Assembly (NCBI RefSeq): GCF_006345805.1
Contig: NC_043015.1
Span: 45,632,001-45,696,000, forward strand
Length of the DNA stretch: 64,000 nt
Origin: Octopus sinensis
Taxonomy: Eukaryota
Direction: 5' to 3'
In this document: piece after piece, positions 51,185 to 64,000 of the stretch
How the letters are laid out: every line of letters begins with the position of its first letter
Numbering within the stretch: the first letter of the stretch is position 1
Position numbers and translations under genes: made by a program
Notes under the pieces: model-generated
Told to the model about the DNA's origin: nothing
The model's database searches: none
Seen by the model: the letters and a program-made list of their open reading frames with translations, nothing else

Positions 51185-51700
51185 TGTCTATTTCCTGGTC
51201 AGCCTGTAATGACATGCATAAGATCTGGTCATCAAATCTAAGTAGAGACTTCAAACTTGAATCTTCAAAGCCACAGGTGAACCAATTCTACTATATGGCT
51301 CAGAAACCTGGATGTTATCAAAGAAGCTTGAGAAGCGGTTGGATGGAACCTACACTCGCCTCCTTATGAGAGCTCAAAATCTCTCGTGGAAGCATCATCC
51401 AACCAAAATGCAAATATATGGGAAACTACCACCTGTGTCATCTCTTGTAAAAGGTAGGAGAGTCCAGTTTGCTGGACATTGTTGTAGAGCTGAAAACGAG
51501 GCAATTTCTACTCTTCTCCTCTGGAAGCCATCTACTCGCGATACCAGAGGGCGCACACTCTCCTACTCTGATGTAATCTCCAGGGATACAGGCATCCAGC
51601 AACAGGACCTCCGTAATGCTATGATGGACCGTGAAGTCTGGCGTAGCATGGTAAATTTCATTGTTTTGACCACGGTCGAACAATAATGATGATGATGATG
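51185..51700 (+). mobile_element. RTE-clade LINE ORF2 3' fragment with (GAT)n tail
   Basis: WSACNDMHKIWSSNLSRDFKL / EPILLYGSETWMLSKKLEKRLDGTYTRLL...RRVQFAGHC...LLLWKP...AMMDREVWR; a second, shorter copy at 52970-53132. Confidence 0.85.
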
Positions 51701-51905
51701 ATTTCCTGCACTATTGTTCATCTACCTTGTGTTTTATACCTCTGTCTCTTGCACTGTTATAACCTCATTGCTTATTCTTATATATATTTATTACACCTGC
51801 ACTGCTTTATTATACTTTTACCTCCTACACAACAACCACCACAGTCTCCACTATTGTTATTTTATTACCGATTTCCCAATAGCGAACAGATATGTTTTAG
51901 GAATC

Positions 51906-52103
51906 AGTCATTTGACTTTGGCCATGCTGGGGTACCTCCTTGAAGGGTTTTTAGTCACAAATTGACCCCAGGACTTATTTTTCTGTAAGCTTCATACTCA
52001 TTCTATCGGTTTCTTTTTTGCCAAACCACTAAGTTATGGGGATGTAAACATACCAACACCGGTTGTCAAGCTGTGGTAGGGGACAGACAGAGACACAAGG
52101 ACA

Positions 52104-52136
<33 letters not shown>

Positions 52137-52300
52137 GTGTGTATATATATACACACCCACACGAGCTTCTTTCAGTTTCTATCAACGAAATCCACTCATA
52201 AGGCTTTGGTTGACCAGAGGCTATAGTAGAAATCTGCTTGCCCAGGGTGCCACGCAGCAGAACTGAACCTGGAGCCACGTGGTTGGGAAGCAAACTTCTT
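51906..52300 (-). mobile_element. SINE family A, diverged
   Basis: Reverse-complement match to family A. Confidence 0.75.
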
Positions 52301-52400
52301 ACCCCAGCTTCTTTTTGATTTTGTCTTAGACTAATTGTTTCTTTCCTGAGCACTAAATTTTCTTACAGCGATGTATTTGAAAATGCCAAAATGTTCTTAA

Positions 52401-52708
52401 CCCCTTACCCGGCAGAAACGAATATATGCGTTTTGACCGAAATCGTTTTTTTCTATCTCTGGCGAGTTAACTCGTCAAAAGATAGACTCGCCAAAATCGA
52501 CAGCAAACGAGTTCCTTCGTCTAAAAACGGGTTAACTCGTTTCTGCCCAAAGCGGAAATTTAAAATCAATATTATTGAATTAAAATTCATAATAAATAAG
52601 GTTTGAAATATACCTTGAAATCACCATTCAAAACATAGTAAAATAAAACAATTAAAAAATATGTCTGAAAAAATACATTTATTTTCAAAATAATTGTTGG
52701 GTAAGGGG
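52401..52708. mobile_element. piggyBac-type MITE (second family)
   Basis: TTAA-ccccttaccc...gggtaagggg-TTAA. Confidence 0.85.
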
Positions 52709-52969
52709 TTAACTATCAACAGATGTATTTTTCATAGATTTTTGCCTTTTTTTAGTTCGGTTAGTTTATATAGACTGCAAGAATTACAGAAAATTACTAT
52801 AAATAAGCAAAGAATGTGCCAGTGGCACGTAAAAAGCATCGTTCGAGCGTAGTCGATGCCAGTACCACTTGACTGGCCCTCATGCCAGTAGCACATAAAA
52901 AGCACCTACTACATTTTTGTTAAACATTTCGACCCCAGGGCTTATTTTCAAGCCCAGTACTTATTCTAT

Positions 52970-53132
52970 ACTCACAACACCAGAGGGCGCGCACTCTCCT
53001 ACCCTGATGTAATCTCCAGGGATACAGGCATCCAGCAACAGGACCTCCGTAATGCTATGATGGACCGTGAAGTCTGGCGCAACATAGTAAATTCCATTGT
53101 CTCGACCACGGTCGAACAATGATGATGATGAC
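52970..53132 (+). mobile_element. RTE 3' fragment inserted into an old SINE A
   Basis: Near-identical to 51540-51700; SINE sequence resumes on both sides. Confidence 0.8.
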
Positions 53133-54289
53133 TTATTCTATTGGTCTCTTTGCCGAACCGCTAAGTTACAATAGGGTGGCTTTTAAGCTACAATAGGGCT
53201 CTTCATTGGGCCTTGAGTCCGATAATAACACTTCATGCATTGAGTACATATGAAATTTTATTAAACTTGACCAATATTTTTGAAGCAATGAGCAATTTTC
53301 GTGAAAACAGGATATAATATGTAGATTTGGAACTTATTGCAAAGCTTCATGATAACACAACATTTTTTGTTTTCCTATTCAGGAATCAATACAATTTTTT
53401 TTGTCTCACCTCTCTCTCTTTCTCTCTCGATTGTTTTCAACCATCACCAGTACCACAACTGCCATACACACACCATTCAGACTTCTCATGCCACCACCAT
53501 CAATGCCTTTGACTTCACTGCCTCCCCTCCACCACCATCACCACTGTCTTTCACATCCCTTACTACCACCATCATGCTTGACCACCACCACCATTGCCTC
53601 CACCTCTGTCACAACTACAGCTCATACTATTACTCTCGTCCCATTACCATCTCAACTGTCATTCTACTACTGCCCTGACCTTCTCAATGCTTACTATTAC
53701 TCTCACCCCAGCAAGAGGAGTAGAAGAAGTATTATTGAATAGTGAGAGAGAGAGAGGGTCAAAGTGTGACACACTGACACACAGAAATTCGTTTTGGCAT
53801 TTATTGTTATAGATATATACATGACATGACAAGCTTCTTTCACTTTTTGTCTACCAGTTTCATCCACAAGGTGCTGGTCGACCAGAGGCGTTTAGTAGGA
53901 GACATTTGCCCAAGGTGCTGTGCAGTAGAACTGAACCTGTCATCACAAGGTAGCAAGGAGAGCTTCTTAACCACACATCCATACCTGCACCTGTAATAAA
54001 TTAGTGATTTACACAAGGCAGGGACTTATAATCTAATTTCTGAATGCCATATAAATGATTAATGTAGGTAGAGATAACAGGTGTTACATAATTCAGTGGA
54101 CAAATAAGAATCGGTAGTTTGTTTTGAAGTTGAATACTATTTTTATTTTGTTGTGTTGATGGGTTTTTATTGTTCGTAGGTTTTACTAAATATTTTAGGG
54201 TTGGTGTTTATTTTTGTCGAGCAAGTTTATCTTATCAGAAATGATGTTTGAAAGGGATTGTGTGTATGCATAAATCTTGTGAATATTGT

Positions 54290-54650
54290 TTGTAGGTGTT
54301 GCTGGGTGGTTAAGAACCTCACTTTGCAGCCACGTGGTTTCCAGTTCAGTCCCACTGTGTGGCGCCTTGGGCAAGTGTCTTCTACTATATAGCCCAAGGC
54401 TGACCAGTGCCTTGTGAGTGAATTTGTTAGACAAACTGTGTGAAAGCTTGTTGTATTTGTGTGTGTGTTTGTTCCCCTCTACTGCGACACCTGATGTTGG
54501 TTTGTTTACATCCCTCTTAATGCTGTGGTTTAGCAAATGGGAATTAGAAAATAAGTTCCAGACTTAAATATAAGTGCTGGGGTCAAGCCCTTCAAGGTGA
54601 TGCCCCAGCATAGCCACAGTCCATTGAATAGCAAGTTAAAGATAAAGATC
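54290..54650 (+). mobile_element. SINE family A, diverged
   Basis: Head, core and tail. Confidence 0.75.
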
Positions 54651-54759
54651 TTGCATATGTTAATGGATATTTGGCACTCTCAGAATTGATTAAGCCAGCA
54701 AAAATTTGGACAAGACACCAAGACAAAAAAATGCTATACCTTTCTCATATTCATCTCCC

Positions 54760-55050
54760 TTGTCTTGATGACCCTGCTGGTGCTGGTGCCATGTAAAAAG
54801 CATCCAGTCCACACTATAAAGTGGTTGGCATTTGGAAGGGCATTCAGCTATAAAAACCGTGCCAAAGCTGACCTCACCTGTGCTGGTGCCACATAAAAAG
54901 CACTCAGTCCACTCTGTGGAGTGGCTGGTGTTAGGAAGGGCATTCAGCCCTAAAAACCCTGCCAAAACAGACACAGTAGCCTGGGGTAATCTTCTACCTG
55001 GCTGGCTCCTGTCAAAACATCCTACCCATGCTTGTATGGAAGGCGGACGT
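54760..55050 (+). mobile_element. Element-D-related subfamily
   Basis: ttaggaagggcattcagc motif twice; (GAT)n tail. Confidence 0.7.
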
Positions 55051-55671
55051 TGAATGATGATGATGATGATAATTGCTTTATTTACCATTTTGGTGTTGTC
55101 TTGAATTGCTGGCTAGCTTCTCTTTAAGATCTACTTGGGTAGACCTTTCTCCTATGCATCCCCTGTATTCATCAGTCTATCATAAATAGCACCTCAATGT
55201 CTCTTTCTTTTTTAGTATTGATAATGGTTAGAGTTCCACTATCAATTTGAATACACTTCTTGAATATGGCATGTTGATTTTTCTACTGGCCCTCTGCTTT
55301 GTTGAGAAACAGGGTAGTAAGGTTTTGTTACTTTCTGTCGAGGACATGGCTACCTCTCTAGTGATGTTTCATAAAAATTGCATCCATAAAACTCTGTTAT
55401 GTGTAAGGTTGTAAGAGCCCTTGTCTTGTTAAGGACTTGATGTTGCTGTGGTGCTTCTACCATGGAAAATGCACTCAGTAAAGCTCAGTAAAATGGTTTG
55501 TGTTTGAAAGGGCAGTCAGCTGTAGAAACCAAACCTAAAATGAAAGCCATTTACGTTAACAGTACCCTATAATATACAATGACCATGGCTCTGGCCATGG
55601 TGACCTGTCCAACCTATATCAGCATGGAAAGCAGTTATAAAATGATGATTATGGTGATGAATTTGATTTAA

Positions 55672-56100
55672 CCCTTTCTGTTAACATATGCTGCTTTTGT
55701 TTCAAGTTTTAAAATAAAGAAAAAATTAGTAAAATGACTTTCCCATTATCAAGATGGGGGTCTGGAACAAATTAGCATAAAATTTTGATAGAAGATTATA
55801 ATTTAGATCACTTTAACCCTTTAGTGTTCAGATTATTCTATCAAACATAATGCTTATTGATTCACATTGATTTGAATTAATCATGCATTATCTCATATCT
55901 TTAAGATCTTGATGGTGTAATTACTTAATGTAGAATAACATTGTAGGGCAGGCGTGAGAGCCTGGATCTGGTCAGTTTGAACATAAAACAGATTAACTAT
56001 TTTGGCCGGATATGGCCGGTTTAAATACTAAAGGGTTAAAACAGCAAGTTTTCATCATAAAACTTGTGGGGTGGTCTTAGGCAGGCTGGAATCTAAAGGG
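55672..56100. mobile_element. piggyBac-type MITE with a second one nested at TTAA (55817-56035)
   Basis: Both have TTAA-CCCTTT...AAAGGG-TTAA ends. Confidence 0.75.
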
Positions 56101-56421
56101 TTAAAATCTTGTGTGGTTTGACATTATATAAAATTTGTTAAAAGTACTTTGTTCCCCCAACCAATATGGCTCAATATTACTAACAAGAATTATGTCAGAA
56201 TTCAACCTTTCCTCATGTCACATGATGTTATTTTTAAGTATTTTAAGAATTACACAAGCTTTTGTGTGCAAAGGAACCGTCTTTGTTGATTGTATGTCTA
56301 ATTTTCTGCGATAGGTTATTGTGATAACGATTTAAAGCTAAATGGACTGTTAATTCCATTTTTTGTGTATGTGTGTGTGTTGTTCTATGCCTCATATTTT
56401 GGATGGTGGTATATTCATTAT

Positions 56422-56653
56422 GGCGGCGAGCTAGCAGAAGCGTTAGCACACCGGGCGAAATGCTTTGCGGTACTTCGTCTGCCGTTACGTTGTGAGTTCA
56501 AATTCCGCCAAGGTCGACTTTGCCTTTCATCCTTTCGGGGTCGATAAATTAAGTACCAGTTACGCACTGGGGTCGATGTAATCGACATAATACCTATGTC
56601 TGTCCTTGTTTGTCCCCTCTATGTTTATTACCCTTGTGGGTAATAAAGAAATA
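56422..56653 (+). mobile_element. SINE family B, 14-bp TSD
   Basis: ggtatattcattat at 56408-21 and 56654-67. Confidence 0.9.
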
Positions 56654-57322
56654 GGTATATTCATTATGTTGAGGTAGATTGAAATATGTGAACCCTTTTA
56701 ATATCAATCTGCCCGAGATCACACATACTAAAAGTGTTCGTTTTTAAATTAAAAAATTTCAACTAAAGTCTCATTATATTTAATCCTTTAGCTTATCCAG
56801 CCAAAATATTCCACTTGTTTTATGTTCAAACTGGCAAAATTCAGACTCTCACACCTACCCTAAAATATTCTAAAAATATACAATCATATCATTGAGATCT
56901 CAAAGCTTGTTTCAGTTATGGGGCTATGACCATTTCGGGACACTGCTTTGAAGGGTTCAGTCGAACAAATCAACCCCGGTACTTATTTTCCTTTTTAAGT
57001 CTGGTATGACTACTGATCCTATCAGTCTCTTTTGCCAAACACCCTAATTTACGGGGATGTAAACAAACCAATGACAGTTATGGAGTGTGCGTGTGTTGGG
57101 GCGAAGGGGAGAAATAGATACACACACAAAAGGGGCATCCACATCGTTTCTGTCTACCAAATTCACCCATGTGGCATTGGTTTGCCCTGGATTATAGAAG
57201 ACCCTTGCCCAAAATGCTGTACAGTGGGACCGAACCTGAAACCCTTTGATTGCAAAGTGAGCTTTCTAACCATACAAATATCCATGTGCATAAAGCAATT
57301 TATTGATAGTCAAATATATACT

Positions 57323-57725
57323 CTTTACTCTTTTACTTGTTTCAGTCATTTGACTGCGGCCATGCTATGCTGGAGCACCGCCTTTAATCGAGCAACTCGA
57401 CCCCGGGACTTATTCTTTTGTAAGCCCAGTACTTATTCTATCGGTCTCTTTTGCTGAACCGCTAAGTAACGGGGGACATAAACACACCAGCATCGGTTGT
57501 CAAGCAATGCTAAGGGGACAAACACAGACACACAAACACACACACGCATATATATATACATATATACGACGGGCTTCTTTTCAGTTTCCGTCTACCAAAT
57601 CTACTCACAAGGCTTTGGTTGGCCTGAGGCTATAGTAGAAGACACTTGCCCAAGGTGCCACGCAGTGGGACTGAACCCGGAACCATGTGGTTGCTAAACA
57701 AGCTACTTACCATACAGCCACAACT
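57323..57725 (-). mobile_element. SINE family A (an older copy adjoins at ~56900-57290)
   Basis: Reverse-complement match to family A. Confidence 0.85.
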
Positions 57726-57835
57726 AACTTAACAACAGCATTTCCATAAAATACACAGACACAGTGAAAGTACCACAGCAGGGGCATGAACAGAGGCGGG
57801 GACACTCTACTCTGTTTGCAGATTGCGTTAGTTAA

Positions 57836-58221
57836 CCTTTTAGCATTCAGATTAATCTGTCAAATGAAACGCTTATTTATTTACATTGCTTTGAATTAAT
57901 CATGCATTATCACATAGCTTTGAGATTTTGAAGATGTGATTGTTTTTATTTTTAGAACGACAGTGTAGGGTAGGTGAGAGAGGCTGGATCTGGCCAGTTT
58001 GAACCTAAAACGGGTAGAATATTTGGGGCTGATGTGACTGGTTTAACCCTTTGACAATTAAACCGGCCAAAAGTATTCTTCCTGTTTTATGTTCAAACTG
58101 GCGAGATCTGGCCTCTCACACCAACCCTACTATATAATTCTAAAAATTAACAGTTTCCTCATCAAAATTGCAAAGCTACGAGATAATGCAAGATTAATTC
58201 AAAACAATGAATGCTGGAGGG
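57836..58221. mobile_element. Two piggyBac-type MITE copies in inverted orientation
   Basis: Reverse copy 57836-58044 and forward copy 58047-58221 joined at a TTAA. Confidence 0.75.
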
Positions 58222-58699
58222 TTAAATCCTAAAATAAATCACCCTATAAAATTATAATTGTTGTGCAAATTAATATCTTGGATTATTGAGTGGATGATCA
58301 TGAGTTCAACCGTTAGTCTAGCCATTATGCTGTACCATCATTGCCTAGGTACGTGATTCCTTTTGGCTCAGTCTGCATGGCTGACATGCTAGTTTCCATT
58401 ATACTTTGTGGTGGTTTGAATGGTGAGCAGTAGAAGGACATCGTGCTGTTAACCTTAATTGTTTAAATGGTATGCAAAAGAAGAAAAAGAAACATTTTGA
58501 AAGTCCTTCATTAGCATGTTAGCAGGAAAATTCTTCAAGCAACCAAGGAAGCTTCTATGCAGTCATTCAACCTTCTAGAAATAGCAACCAAATCACGCTG
58601 ATTTAGAAAAGGAGGGCACATTAGAGAATGTGGTCCTGGGTGCACTGTACTCAGAAAAATGAGGGATGGTCATGGTTGAATTGCTTTTAAACCTTCTGT

Positions 58700-59025
58700 C
58701 TGCCCAAAGCATTTTCATGGCATGTAAAAAGCACCATCCGATTGTGGCTGTTGCCAGCCTTGTCTGGCCCCCATGCCGGTGGCACGTAAAAAGCACCATC
58801 TGATCGTGGCCGTTTGCCAGCCTCATCTGGCACCTGTGCAGGTGGCATGTAAAAAGCACACACTACACTCACGGAGTGGTTGGCGTTAGAAAGGGCATCC
58901 AGCTGTAGAAACATTGCCAGATCAGACTGGGCCTGGCGCAGCCTTCTGGCTTCCCAGACCCTAGTTGAACCGTCCAACCCATGCTAGCATGGAAAATGGA
59001 CGTTAAACGATGATGATGATGATGT
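58700..59025 (+). mobile_element. Element D
   Basis: Family body and (GAT)n tail. Confidence 0.8.
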
Positions 59026-59871
59026 CCTAGATGTTCGTGCTTGTTTTTAGATTTTTAGTGGGCCCTTGTTTTATACATTCTGAGTAATATATAAGGCTTT
59101 CCTCTCATAAGTCCTAAGTTACTGTGATGGTTGGAAAAAAAATTGGGAAGATGTTATCGTATATGATGCAGGGATGCCAGGGAAATATGTTTTGTGTATT
59201 ACAGTATCACACGTGATACACAGGACAGGTAAAGTGTTAATTATATAAATTTATATTTGATCAGACATATTGCAAAAAAAAAAAAAAAAAAAAAAAAACC
59301 ACTCTAAAATCTATTTCGTGAACTGATATATTCAATAAGGCTTAATTAAGATGAAAAGAAACAATAAGAAGCATACCGTGTATATATAAAAAAAAACCTT
59401 TAAAAAAATTTAATTTCCTGCAAAATATATCTTCCATTTCATCACCATGACAAATATCACAACCAACCAGCAGCATTTTGTATTGTTTCTTTTTCCTATT
59501 TGTATGGATTATAATAGCAGGTTTGACTGGCTGGCTGTGTTTGGCATAGCTCCAAAATACTCATCATAGCTTATAGAAGTTTGGTTTGGTTTGGATATTG
59601 TTGTGGGAGCAAACTTAGCGCATCTGTGCCATTATCACGCATGTAATTTGGTTAGAACTGAGAGTTTCATGGCTAGTATTGTTTTACTGGCATTAACCCT
59701 TTTGTTACTGTATTTATTTTGAGATGCTCTGTTTCTTTCAATTACTTTAAATATGACAAAGAATTTAGTAAAATTACTTAGTTATCATTCAGCTAGTGTT
59801 AGGAACATAAATTGTGACTAAAGTTTGGTGGAAGATTTTAATTCAAAACTTATGAAAACAAGACATTTGTT

Positions 59872-60043
59872 AGGCGCAGGAGTGGCTGTGTAGTAAGTAG
59901 CTTGCTAACCAACCACCTGGTTCCGGGTTCAGTTCCACTGCGTGGTACCTTGGGCAAGTGTCTTCTGCTATAGCCTCGGGCCGACCAAAGCCTTGTGAGT
60001 GGATTTGGTAGACGGAAACTGAAAGAAGCCTGTCGTATATATG

Positions 60044-60076
<33 letters not shown>

Positions 60077-60289
60077 ATGTTTGTGTGTGTATGTTTGTCC
60101 CTCCAACATCGCTTGACAACCGATGCTGGTGTGTTTACGTCCCCATAACTTAGCGTTTCGGCAAAAGAGACCGATAGAATAAGTACTGGGCTTACAAAGA
60201 ATAAGTCCCCGGATCGATTTGCTCGACTAAAGGTGGTGCTCCAGCATGGCTGCAGTCAAATGCCTGAAACAAGTAAAAGAGTAAAGAGT
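59872..60289 (+). mobile_element. SINE family A flanked by a 109-bp direct duplication, inside a piggyBac-like MITE
   Basis: 59762-59870 matches 60290-60398 with three mismatches. Confidence 0.9.
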
Positions 60290-60487
60290 AATTTAGTAAA
60301 ATAACTTAGTTATCATTCAGCTAGTGTTAGGAACATAAATTGTGACTAAGGTTTGGTGGAAGATTTTAATTAAAAACTTATGAAAACAAGACATTTGTAC
60401 TCAAAGCCAGAGCCGGTTTCAGCCGGATTGGTAATGAAAGGGTTGATGAGGACATTACTGATACTAATTTAGTGTGATGTACCATAT

Positions 60488-60870
60488 AGGTGTAGGAGTG
60501 GCTGTGTGGTAAGTAGCTTGCTTGCCAACCACATGGTTCTGGGTTCAGTCCCACTGCGTGGCACCTTGGGCAAGTGTCTTCTACTATAGCCTCGGGCCGA
60601 CCAAAGACTTGTGAGTGGATTTGGTAGACGGAAACGGAAAGAAGCCCGTCGTATATATGTATATATATATGTGTTTGTTCCCCCAACGTAGCTTGACAAC
60701 TTATGCTGGTGTGTTTACATCCCCGTAACTTAGCGGTTCGGCAAAAGAGACTGATAGAATAAGTACTAGGCTTACAAAGAATAAGTCCCGGGGTCGATTT
60801 GCTCGACTAAAAGGTGGTGCTCCAGCATGGCCACAGTCAAATGACTGAAACAAGTAAAAGAGTAAAGAGT
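60488..60870 (+). mobile_element. SINE family A
   Basis: Full head, core and tail. Confidence 0.85.
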
Positions 60871-61003
60871 ATACTTTCATTTATTTAGTACAACAACCTA
60901 AGCTCACCTGAAATGAATCTTTGTTGGTCTCTAATTTTCTTTTACTTATTTCAGTCATTGGATTGTGGCCATGCTGGGGCACTGTTTTGAAGGATTTATA
61001 GTC

Positions 61004-61726
61004 CAGTGGTTCTCAACCATTTTTTATCTGTGGACCCTTTTAATTACTGTTTTACTCTGGTGGACCCCCATAGCCTCTCTGATGTTTAAAAACTAGTTTT
61101 ATAGACACTTCTTTCAAAATTCCCATTTTGCTTTCCACACATTAAATTGCATGGTTTGAACTATGTAAAATGTTAGAGAAAGAAGCCAAGCTGTTCCTTT
61201 CAGTAAATACATCTAAATGAAAAAGTGGCTGTGTGGTAAGTAGCTTGCTTACCAACCACATGGTTCCGGGTTCAGTCCCACTGCATGGCACCTTATGCAA
61301 GTGTCTTCTACTATAGCTTCGGGCCGACCAAAGCCTTGTGAGTGGATTTGGTAAATGGAAACTGAAAGAAGCCCATCATATCTATGTATGTATGTTTGTG
61401 TATATGTTTGTGTGTCTGTGTTTGTCCCCACCAACATCGCTTGACAACCGATGCTGGTGTGTTTACATCCCTGTAAATTAGCAGTTCTGCAAAAGAGACC
61501 AATAGAATAAGTACTAGGCTTACAAAGAATAAGTCCTAGGGTTGATTTCCTCGACTAAAGGCAGTGCTCCAGCATGGCCACAGTCAAATGACTGAAACAA
61601 GTAAAAAGAGTAAAAAGAATGCTACTGTGTGTACCCAATTTACTGCTTTGCTTGTGTGCCCCTGCCAAATCTTATATGGACCCTCAGGGGGTCAGGGGTC
61701 ACATCAACCCCGGTTGAGAATCACTA
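61004..61726 (+). mobile_element. hAT (Charlie-type) MITE, inserted into an old SINE A and itself containing a SINE A (61222-61615)
   Basis: cagtggttctcaacc...ggttgagaatcacta; flanks ttatagtc/gtttagtc. Confidence 0.7.
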
Positions 61727-61970
61727 GTTTAGTCAAACAGCTTGACTCCCCGCCCCACATTATTTTACTTTTTAAGCTTGGTATTCTATCAGTCTCTTTT
61801 GCTGAACCATTAGGTTATGGGGATGTAAACAGACCAACACCAGTTGTCAAGCATGGGGGATAAACACACACACACACACAATTGATTTCACAATAGGAAA
61901 CCTACAAAAGATTCCTCTAGTACATCTGCTGCCTTATAGTCATGAATAATTTCTGTCTTGTCGTACTTAC

Positions 61971-62159
61971 CTTCACCCAGGTGTAATTCGAGAAGGGCCT
62001 CGGCTTCAGATGCAATACAGAGCTGGTGACGATATGTGCTGTTGACTTCTTGATCAATTGTCTGACACTTTATTCCTCTTCTCCTTCCTTCCTTCTTTCC
62101 TTTCTTTGTTTCCTCTCTTGTGATCGATACAGGTAAAATTATTATCATAGCTTGAAGAG
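61971..62159. other. Unique island with splice signals on both strands (candidate cassette exon)
   Basis: Plus: cttcacccag|61981-62132|gtaaaa. Minus: ttgggcag|62159-61971|gtaagt, 189 nt, open frame. Confidence 0.3.
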
Positions 62160-62215
62160 CTGCCCAACAGAAGCAAATTGATAATTTGTAGTAGGGCAAT
62201 TGTGTACAGAGCATT

Positions 62216-62635
62216 CTCTTTACTCTTTTACTCTTTTACTTGTTTCAGTCGTTTGACTGCGGCCATGCTGGAGCACCGCCTTTAGTCGAGCAAATCGACC
62301 TCGGGACTTCTTCTTTGTAAGCCCAGTACTTATTCTATCGGTCTCTTTTGCCGAACCACTAAGTGATGGGGACACGAACACACCAGCATCGGTTGTCAAG
62401 CAATGCTAGGGGGAACAAACACTGACACACAAACATATACACACACATACATATATATATATGTATATATACAACAGGCTTCTTCCAGTTTCCGTCTACC
62501 AAATCCACTCACAAGGCTTTGGTCGGCCCGAGGCTATAGCAGAAGACACTTGCCCAAGATGCCACTCAGTGGGACTGAACCTGGAACCATGTGGTTGGTA
62601 AGCAAGCCACTCACCACACAGCCACTCCTGCGCCT
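62216..62635 (-). mobile_element. SINE family A
   Basis: Reverse-complement match to family A. Confidence 0.85.
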
Positions 62636-63127
62636 ATAAAATAATGCTGGGGCTCGTTGACAATTTCTTTTTTCTGTTTTAGATTTTTTGATTTATGGCT
62701 TTAAGTTAAAAATTTGTCTCGATAATGACTTCTCATGTATCCTACACCAACGTTTCATCATACTCAACGTCCTCTTTTCCATGCTTGCATGGCTCAGACA
62801 GAATTTATTTAGGCAGATTTTCTATGGTCAGATGCCCTTAATGTCATCATCCCTTACCTGTTTCCAAACAAAGTAATATTTCCCCACGGACAGACATGTT
62901 TTCACAGAGTATTGGAAATGAGTGACATTGCTTGTATGACAACCACACTATATTTTCCTGATTCGTACTAATTATCCATACTCCTTGACCAGTAACTTGG
63001 GATTTTGCATGTAAGAATTTAATAACAAATTTTCTTCCAATTTTTTTTGGGTTGTCTGTGACACATAGTTTTAACTCACAAGTTATATGCAATTTAGTAA
63101 GCACTCAATGAACATATATATATATAC

Positions 63128-63508
63128 TCTTTTACTTGTTTCAGTCATTTGACTGCGGCCATGCTGGAGCACCGCCTTTAATCGGGCAACTCGACCCCGG
63201 GACTTATTCTTTGTAAGCCCAGTACTTATTCTATCGGTCTCTTTTTGCCGAACCGCTAAGTGACGGGGACATAAACACACCAGCATCGGTTGTCAAGCAA
63301 TGCTAGGGGGACAAACACAGACACACAAACACACACATATACATATATACGACGGGCTTCTTTCAGTTTCCGTCTACCAAATCCACTCACAAGGCTTTGG
63401 TCGGCCCGAGGCTATAGTAGAAGACACTTGCCCAAGGTGCCATGCAGTGGCACTGAACCCGGAACCATGTGGTTGGTAAGCAAGCTACTTACCACACAGC
63501 CACTCCTG
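63128..63508 (-). mobile_element. SINE family A
   Basis: Reverse-complement match to family A. Confidence 0.85.
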
Positions 63509-63784
63509 CTGGATGCCCTTAAATTGCCATTAAAAAATTGATTTATCTCCCCACTAAACAGTTGAGTTTATGGTGGCGACAAGAGATTAGATTAAAAGGG
63601 TTAGATCCTTTTGATCCAATACTTCAACATATTGTTGACTTTTGGCCTCCTCAATAGGCATGGTATGATTTGTTATAAAAAATGTTATTAGATTCATTAG
63701 ATGTTTTATTTTTTCAGTTGATTTATTATAAAAATATTATCAGATTCAATATGTTTAATCTTTTCACTTTTCATGTTTTATTCT

Positions 63785-64000
63785 TTTATTCTTTTACTTG
63801 TTTCAGTCAATTGATTGTGGCCATGCTGGAGCACCGCCTTTAGTCGAGCAAATCGATCCCGGGACTTATTTTTTGTAAGCCCAGTACTTATTCTATCGGT
63901 CTCTTTTGCCGAACCGCTAAGTGATGGGGATGTAAACACACCAGCATCGGTTGTCAAGCAATGCTAGGGGGACAAACACAGACACACAAACACATACACA
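63785..64000 (-). mobile_element. SINE family A, cut by the window edge
   Basis: Reverse-complement match to the 3' half. Confidence 0.8.

Noticed and set aside
62940-63090. RKFVIKFLHAK, possible mariner N-terminus
   Set aside because: Single short motif with no TIR or catalytic region.

Overview
AT-rich, repeat-dense animal DNA, most consistent with an octopus (coleoid cephalopod). This is inferred from recognising the SINE/LINE families, not from a search. One protein-coding exon is confidently recognisable: the first coding exon of RSF1 (39854-39998, +, phase-1 GT donor). No later RSF1 exon was recognised, so the rest of the window is probably mostly its first intron. The remainder is transposon debris and microsatellites. 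There are three tRNA-headed SINE families (here A, B, C) and a (GAT)n-tailed LINE-3'-end-like element (here D) with internal tandem repeats. LINE fragments belong to the RTE, CR1 and R4-like groups, and there are Penelope-like relics with degenerate hammerhead folds. DNA-transposon fossils include maT/DD37D mariner, Tigger and hAT, plus MITEs of piggyBac, Mutator, Merlin/hAT and Helentron type. Most ORFs in the supplied track are artefacts of repeats. I found no complete novel protein-coding system. The most interesting signals are a tRNA-Glu/element-D chimera inside a ~230-bp duplication, a SINE with a 109-bp flanking duplication, a fold-back plus internally inverted CR1, minimal hammerhead relics, a satellite grown from element D, and a candidate cassette exon bracketed by inverted SINEs. 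Repeat boundaries were read by eye and may be off by a few to tens of bases.
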